DNA of 44,342 bases. Source: a virus. The first letter of the stretch is position 1. Each line of letters starts with the position of its first letter. The stretch is taken from positions 1-44,342 of the IMG/VR virus record IMGVR_UViG_3300037467_000252. One strand, 5' to 3'. Position numbers and translations under genes: made by a program. The notes under the pieces were generated by a model, which did no database searches, was not told where the DNA came from, and saw only the letters and a list, made by a program, of their open reading frames with translations. Below are positions 39,385 to 44,342 of this stretch, piece after piece.

Positions 39385-40911
39385 ATGGCCAACAGCTACG
39401 TGCAGTACACGGGCAACGGCGTAGACTACGCTGTTCCCTTCCAGTACTTGTCCAAGACCCACATCAGCGTGAAGGTCGATGGCACTGCCGTCCCCTTTAC
39501 CTGGACCTCACCCAACATGGTGCAGCTCACCTCCGACCCCGGTACGGGGCTCGTGGAGATCCGGCGCACCACCCCGAACAACACCCGTGTGGTGGACTTC
39601 ACCGATGGCTCGGTGCTGGCCGCCAACGACCTCGACCAGAGCGCCCTTCAGTTCCTGTTCCTGTCTCAGGAAGCCCAGGACGTGGCCAACCTCGCGATCC
39701 AGCCGTCCGGTGACGGGCAGTGGGATGTGGGTGGCCGGCGCGTGGAGAACGCCGCCGATCCGGTCGATGACCAGGATCTGGTGACCAAGAAGTGGGCGCA
39801 GACCGCGATGACCTCCCAGGTCGCGCAGGCCACCGCCCAGGCCCAGGCTGCTGCCGGCTCCGCATCCGCGGCTGCTGGTTCGGCTACGGCTGCGGCTGCC
39901 TCGCAGAGCGCCGCTGCGGGCTCACAGGCGGCTGCGAAGACCTCCGAGACCAATGCGGCCAGCTCAGCTTCCGCTGCCGCTGGCAGTGCCACTACGGCCA
40001 CGCAACAGGCCACCGCTGCTGGCACCTCTGCAACCAACGCCCACACCTCTGAGGTGAACGCGGCTGCGTCCGCTACGGCTGCTGCCGGTTCCGCTACGTC
40101 GGCCTCCGGGAGTGCCAGCGCGGCCTCAACGTCCCTCAGTCAGGCCATCTCCGCGGCCCAGGCTGCTGGCACCAGCGCCACGAACGCGCACACCAGCGAG
40201 GTGAATGCGGCGGCCTCTGCGGCTGCTGCGGCCCAGAGCGCCGAGCAGGCTGCGCAGGGCGGCTACACCAAGTCCGAGACGGACACGCTGCTGGCGGCCA
40301 AGGCCGACAAGAGCGACACCTACACCAAGGAGCAGGTGGACGCGGCGCTGCTCCCGAAGGCCGACACGGCGACCGTGAATGCGTCGCTGAGCGACAAGCT
40401 CTCGATGTCGGCGGGTGGCACCGTCAACGGTCGCGTGATGTTCACTGATACGGAGATCGGCGCGACCGGCATGCAGGACCTCCAGGGGTCCGGTATGGGC
40501 TCCATCACGGTCGCCTCGAAGGGAACCGTGCAGCAGTCCGTAGCTGCCTTCGAGTTCTTCAACCAGGGGCGCGGCTCGGCCTACCTCGGGCTCGACTGGG
40601 ACTTCACCCTGAAGTTCGGCGGAGGTGCCTACGGCGATCAGGTCTACCGTCTGTTCCACCAGGGTAACCTGAACCCGCTCCAGGGCGTGCGTCTCGCCAT
40701 CGCGGGCGACAAGCAGGCCGCCCAGCTCTGGCAGGATGCGGGTTCGCCAGGGAGTGGCATTGGCAACATCGTCGAGGACTTCCCCGGCTCGGTTGTGACC
40801 GGCCTCGGTGGCACCAACAACGGCGGGAGCTACCTCTGGGCGGCTCGATTCCGATACCTCCAGGTCCAGGACCAGAATGGAAACTGGGTCACTGTGAGCT
40901 ACGTAGGCTAA
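39385..40911 (+). CDS. Tail fibre protein (T7 gp17 N-terminal domain family)
   Basis: N-terminus MANSYVQYTGNGVDYAVPFQYLSKTHISVKVDG...VDFTDGSVLAANDLDQS. Ala/Ser-rich shaft and a divergent C-terminal domain. Confidence 0.85.
   Translation: MANSYVQYTGNGVDYAVPFQYLSKTHISVKVDGTAVPFTWTSPNMVQLTSDPGTGLVEIRRTTPNNTRVVDFTDGSVLAANDLDQSALQFLFLSQEAQDVANLAIQPSGDGQWDVGGRRVENAADPVDDQDLVTKKWAQTAMTSQVAQATAQAQAAAGSASAAAGSATAAAASQSAAAGSQAAAKTSETNAASSASAAAGSATTATQQATAAGTSATNAHTSEVNAAASATAAAGSATSASGSASAASTSLSQAISAAQAAGTSATNAHTSEVNAAASAAAAAQSAEQAAQGGYTKSETDTLLAAKADKSDTYTKEQVDAALLPKADTATVNASLSDKLSMSAGGTVNGRVMFTDTEIGATGMQDLQGSGMGSITVASKGTVQQSVAAFEFFNQGRGSAYLGLDWDFTLKFGGGAYGDQVYRLFHQGNLNPLQGVRLAIAGDKQAAQLWQDAGSPGSGIGNIVEDFPGSVVTGLGGTNNGGSYLWAARFRYLQVQDQNGNWVTVSYVG
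40015..40221 (+). repeat. Two 20-aa identical protein repeats (AAGTSATNAHTSEVNAAASA) encoded by diverged DNA
   Basis: Copies at 40015-40074 and 40162-40221 differ at 14 of 60 nt. All differences are synonymous, including two TCT/AGC serine switches. Confidence 0.85.
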
Positions 40912-40914
40912 GAC

Positions 40915-41487
40915 ATGGCACAGACCTACAAATCCCATGGCTCTTGGAGCCGCTATACTCCGAGTCCTCTTCCGCTTGAGAAGCCGGTCGGTACTATGTA
41001 CTGCAAGCGGGACACGGACGGGGTGGATTGGTACGACTACGCACACACAGCCACCAATTTCACGGATGGTAGCGCGAAGCTGACTCTCATGCCTGGGCCG
41101 AACGGGCTCCAGGTTATGGCAGCGAATGTCGATCCGTCCTTCCTGTTCCCACAGGGCTGCACGGTCCTGGAGGTGATCGGGTGGGACACCACCTCGACCC
41201 CTTCGGCGCTGTTCCAGGGCAAGATCGTTGATCTGACCACGGACGCCTTCACGGACCCGCCCGCGCCCCCGGCGATCACGCAGAAGGCCGACATCTGGCG
41301 GCGCTGCACGGATGACGAAGCCCAGACGCTGACGAACCTCCTCAACGCCCAGCCCGTCCGTCAGCGCCAGCTCTACAACGACTGCAACTTCCTCAACCAC
41401 TCTGACCCGATGTACCAGACGCTCTACTCGGCCGTGGTGCAGGCTCTGGGACAGACCCGCGCGGACGCGATCCTCGCGCCGTCCTAA
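40915..41487 (+). CDS. Hypothetical protein downstream of the fibre gene (190 aa)
   Basis: Track ORF with a protein-like translation. Its position suggests a fibre accessory or adaptor role, but I recognise no motif. Confidence 0.55.
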   Translation: MAQTYKSHGSWSRYTPSPLPLEKPVGTMYCKRDTDGVDWYDYAHTATNFTDGSAKLTLMPGPNGLQVMAANVDPSFLFPQGCTVLEVIGWDTTSTPSALFQGKIVDLTTDAFTDPPAPPAITQKADIWRRCTDDEAQTLTNLLNAQPVRQRQLYNDCNFLNHSDPMYQTLYSAVVQALGQTRADAILAPS

Positions 41488-41488
41488 T

Positions 41489-41507
41489 CATTCCACCCCT
41501 GCATAGG
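41489..41507 (+). promoter_or_regulatory. CTATSCACC-family motif, late-type variant (CATTCCACCCCTGCATAGG)
   Basis: It is followed by hairpin CCCCGC-UUCG-GCGGGG at 41509-41524. Confidence 0.5.
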
Positions 41508-41540
41508 TCCCCGCTTCGGCGGGGGCCACCGGAGTTCCCC

Positions 41541-41933
41541 ATGATCCCCTGGTCCACCATTCAGGAGTGGGGCACGCGCCTCACTGTCCTGACCGGCATC
41601 GCCACGCCCGTCTACGGTGGCCTTGCCTACCTGAAGCTGACCCCCGTCACCGAGAGCTACGTGACCTCGAAGATCGAGGAGGTGCGGAAGGACATCGGTG
41701 CTGCCCGCGTAGACACTCTCGACACCAAGAGGGTTGTTCTCGGGCTGGCGCGCAGTGATCTCGTCCGTGAGCAACAGGCTCTCGAAGGTGCTCTCAAGAC
41801 GGAGACCAATGCCGTCACTCTCGACAGCTTCAATCGCCGTATCGAGACCATCAAGACACAGATCGAAAGCATCGACCGTAAGACCCAGAAGCTCGACGAC
41901 AAGATCGAGACCATGAAAGGACCCAATGAGTAA
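41541..41933 (+). CDS. Membrane-anchored coiled-coil protein at the T7 gp17.5 position
   Basis: N-terminal hydrophobic segment LTVLTGIATPVYGGLAYL followed by a long coiled-coil region. Confidence 0.55.
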   Translation: MIPWSTIQEWGTRLTVLTGIATPVYGGLAYLKLTPVTESYVTSKIEEVRKDIGAARVDTLDTKRVVLGLARSDLVREQQALEGALKTETNAVTLDSFNRRIETIKTQIESIDRKTQKLDDKIETMKGPNE

Positions 41934-42198
41934 ACGCGCATCGAAGGAGCTTCTATCTCGGCTCCACTCTGCACTCGCCAACGAGATGAAGACGATCCTG
42001 GAGGAGGGCGTGAAGGAGATCGACAAGTCCGGTGAACTGGTCACTGTCACTCCTGGAGCCGCCTACCTCAACGTCGTTCGCCAGTTCCTGAAGGATAACG
42101 GCATCGACAACCCGAGCGTTGGTGACGAGCTGAACCAGGCCCCGAAGTTTCAGGGTCTGCCGTTCACCGACACCGACGAGTACGGCATCCCGCAATAA
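41926..42198 (+). CDS. terS: Terminase small subunit (gp18-like)
   Basis: 90 aa, directly upstream of terL. NVVRQFLKDNGI resembles the gp18 family. Confidence 0.65.
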   Translation: MSKRASKELLSRLHSALANEMKTILEEGVKEIDKSGELVTVTPGAAYLNVVRQFLKDNGIDNPSVGDELNQAPKFQGLPFTDTDEYGIPQ

Positions 42199-42210
42199 GA
42201 AGCCCACCAG

Positions 42211-42262
42211 CGGCCGAGAACCCGTGTCTGGACCATTCCACCATCGAGGACCTTCTCGGCCG
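42211..42262 (+). repeat. Perfect 10-bp inverted repeat CGGCCGAGAA / TTCTCGGCCG with a 32-nt spacer
   Basis: Arms at 42211-42220 and 42253-42262. The spacer holds the motif at 42234. Confidence 0.8.
42234..42251 (+). promoter_or_regulatory. CTATSCACC-family motif variant (CATTCCACCATCGAGGAC)
   Basis: It shares CACCATCGAGGA with the copy at 1677 and lies upstream of terL. Confidence 0.35.
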
Positions 42263-42292
42263 TCCTGGGGCTCCTAATCGAATCCTAGGGCC

Positions 42293-43948
42293 ATGCAGAA
42301 CGATCCCCTCAAGGCAGACTTCCGTAACTTCCTCTACCTCGTCTGGCAGCACCTGAACCTGCCCGATCCAACCCCCACCCAGTACGAGCTGGCCCAGTAC
42401 CTTCAGCACGGCCCCAAGCGAGCGATGATCCAGGCCTTCCGTGGCGTGGGTAAGAGCTACGTCACCTCGGCCTTCGTCTGCTGGTTGCTCTACTGCGACC
42501 CCAAGATCAACGTCATGGTCGTGTCCGCCTCCAAGGACCGATCAGACAACTTCACGATCTTCACCAAGCGGTTGATCGAGGAGATGCCGCTGCTGTCCTT
42601 CCTGAAGCCCAAGGCTGGGCAGCGGGACAGCATGATCGCCTTCGACGTAGGCCCGGCTGGCATCTCGCACTCACCCTCGGTGAAATCGGTCGGCATCACC
42701 GGCCAGCTCACCGGCTCCCGCGCTGACGTGATCATCGCGGACGACATCGAGAGCCTGAACAACTCCCTGACCCAGGTCATGCGCGACCAGCTCGCGGAGC
42801 GGATCAAGGAGTTCGACGCGGTGCTCAAGCCGCTCCAGACCTCCCGCATCATCTACCTGGGCACGCCCCAGTCGGAGATGTCCCTCTACAACCAGCTCCC
42901 CGAGCGCGGCTACGTGATCCGCGTGTGGCCCGCTCGCGTGCCCGAGAAGCCCGAGAAGTACATGGGCCGGCTCGCCCCGAGCATCTACGCGATGATCGAG
43001 AAGGGCGTCCCTGTGGGCACGCCTACGGACCCCGCTCGCTTCCCCGAGCACGAGCTGCAAGAGCGCGCTCTGTCCTACGGCCGCTCGGGCTTCGCCCTCC
43101 AGTTCATGCTGGACACCAGCCTGTCCGACCAGGACCGGTATCCCCTCAAGCTGTCCGACCTGATCGTGATGAACCTGGACCCCAAGCTGGGACCAGCGAA
43201 GCTCGCGTGGTGCAACGAGCCCGACAAGATGCACCAGCAGCTCCACTCCGTGGGACTGGCTGGCGACCGCTACTACCGTCCCCTGTTCATCTCCCCTGAG
43301 ATGACCGAGTACACCGGCTGCGTCATGGCCATCGACCCCAGCGGCCGAGGCAAGGACGAGACGGGCTACGCCATCGTCAAGATCCTCCACGGCAACCTCT
43401 TCCTGGTCGATGCCGGTGGCTTCGCTGATGGCTACGGGGAGAACACCCTCAAGGCCCTGGCCGTCCTCGCCAAGCAGTACGGGGTGAACACCATCCGCGT
43501 GGAGCCCAACTTCGGTGACGGCATGTTCGCCCAGCTCCTCCGACCTGTGGTCTCCAAGATCCACCCGGTCGAGGTGGTCGATGACGAGCGCAGCACGGGC
43601 CAGAAGGAGATGCGTATCGCGGACGTTCTGGAGCCCTTGATGAACCAGCACCGCCTCGTGGTGGACGCCAAGCTCATCGAGAAGGACTACAAGAGCGGTG
43701 AACCCGCCAACCAGCTCTTCTACCAGATGACCCGCCTCACCCGAGACCGGGGCTCGCTGAAGCACGACGACCGATTGGACGCCGTAGCCCAGGCCTGCGC
43801 CTACTGGATCGACAGCCTGTCCCGTGACACCGACCGGGCGCATGAAGAGCACCTGGAGCGGCTGCGTGACCAGGAGCTGGAGAAGTTCATGAGGAGCGTC
43901 CTCGGGGACTCTCACGTGGACGATCAGGACCGCTGGATGCGGGTCTGA
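42293..43948 (+). CDS. terL: Terminase large subunit (gp19-like)
   Basis: Walker A-like FRGVGKSYV, Walker B VIIADDIES, and a C-terminal RNase H-like nuclease region (MAIDPSGRGKDETGY). Confidence 0.95.
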   Translation: MQNDPLKADFRNFLYLVWQHLNLPDPTPTQYELAQYLQHGPKRAMIQAFRGVGKSYVTSAFVCWLLYCDPKINVMVVSASKDRSDNFTIFTKRLIEEMPLLSFLKPKAGQRDSMIAFDVGPAGISHSPSVKSVGITGQLTGSRADVIIADDIESLNNSLTQVMRDQLAERIKEFDAVLKPLQTSRIIYLGTPQSEMSLYNQLPERGYVIRVWPARVPEKPEKYMGRLAPSIYAMIEKGVPVGTPTDPARFPEHELQERALSYGRSGFALQFMLDTSLSDQDRYPLKLSDLIVMNLDPKLGPAKLAWCNEPDKMHQQLHSVGLAGDRYYRPLFISPEMTEYTGCVMAIDPSGRGKDETGYAIVKILHGNLFLVDAGGFADGYGENTLKALAVLAKQYGVNTIRVEPNFGDGMFAQLLRPVVSKIHPVEVVDDERSTGQKEMRIADVLEPLMNQHRLVVDAKLIEKDYKSGEPANQLFYQMTRLTRDRGSLKHDDRLDAVAQACAYWIDSLSRDTDRAHEEHLERLRDQELEKFMRSVLGDSHVDDQDRWMRV

Positions 43949-43977
43949 CACCGCCACACGCGGAGACTTCTTCGGAT

Positions 43978-44018
43978 CGGTGGTTTCCCTGTACTCTCAT
44001 AGGGTTACCACCGATTTT
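43978..44018 (+). terminator. Terminator-like hairpin after terL (CGGUGGU-UU-CCCU loop AGGG-UU-ACCACCG followed by AUUUU)
   Basis: 7+4 bp stem with a symmetric UU/UU internal loop, followed by ATTTT. Confidence 0.55.
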
Positions 44019-44027
44019 GGCCAATTC

Positions 44028-44046
44028 GAAGGACCACTAGGAACGG
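44028..44046 (+). promoter_or_regulatory. CCAGGACCA-family motif (GAAGGACCACTAGGAACGG) pointing toward the right terminus
   Basis: No gene lies downstream. Its position is comparable to the T7 right-end promoter phiOR. Confidence 0.4.
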
Positions 44047-44215
44047 TTCCCAAAACAGCTCCTATAAAGGAGTGCTTGTCGCGGCCCTGCCGGGGCACTG
44101 ACAGCGACCCAGCCGGCGAGCCGCCTTGGGTCAGTCGAGCTGCGCTCTCCCTCCCCAAGGCCTCTATAGGAGCACTGGACGAGGGCGTGAGGGTGGATCA
44201 GGGGCATCAGCCCCC

Positions 44216-44342
44216 ACCAACGACCTCAGAATGTCTGATAGAAAAATGTGAGACGGCATCGACAAACTCCAGGCGGCCGGTCTCCCCCGTGCCCACGCGC
44301 GCCCGCGGTATCGCGTAGGGGCGCCCTCGCGCGCACGGAGTG
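44216..44342. repeat. Right copy of the exact 127-bp terminal direct repeat
   Basis: Identical to 1..127. The match starts at A44216 and runs to the window end. Confidence 0.95.

Noticed and set aside
44050-44180. CTCCTATAAAGGAG and CTCTATAGGAGCAC elements plus several short G+C hairpins near the right end, as additional T7-like promoters.
   Set aside because: They share only TATA(A)GGAG with the T7 consensus and lack the CACC or GACC core of either motif family defined here. I cannot separate signal from chance in this short non-coding stretch.

Overview
This window is an essentially complete genome of a high-G+C T7-like (Autographiviridae-type) podophage in the canonical T7 orientation. 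It comprises about 44.2 kb of unique sequence plus an exact 127-bp repeat at both window ends. Every protein gene I accept is on the + strand, and the only minus-strand gene is a full-length tRNA-Leu(UAA).

Gene order:
- A non-coding left end with phased short repeats.
- An early block of small ORFs.
- A lower-G+C island carrying a MarR-type regulator, the tRNA-Leu and a tyrosine integrase.
- A gp0.7-like protein kinase, a Bro-N-like protein and the single-subunit RNA polymerase.
- DNA metabolism genes: gp2.5-like SSB, endonuclease I, gp3.5-like amidase, primase-helicase, family A DNA polymerase, ThyX-like protein, glutaredoxin, 5'-3' exonuclease, MazG-like protein and a class II RNR.
- Portal and scaffold, then a holin / SAR-endolysin / spanin cassette, then the major capsid.
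- Tail tube A and B, internal virion proteins gp13-16, tail fibre, and small and large terminase.

The most unusual observation is four complete hammerhead ribozyme motifs, two type II and two type I. All are sense-strand and intergenic, and they punctuate the early operon between 1817 and 3605.

Other points worth a second look:
- A temperate-style integration module inside a T7-type genome.
- Two families of conserved intergenic motifs that are candidate phage-RNAP promoters.
- Several intrinsic terminators.
- An 11-bp-phased GCGCACC repeat array at the left end.
- A lysis cassette inserted between the scaffold and capsid genes.
- A mini-ORF immediately upstream of the capsid gene.
- A synonymously recoded protein repeat in the tail fibre.

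All product calls rest on reading the supplied translations against remembered family motifs. No database search was run. Start codons of many genes are my choice within the supplied ORFs.
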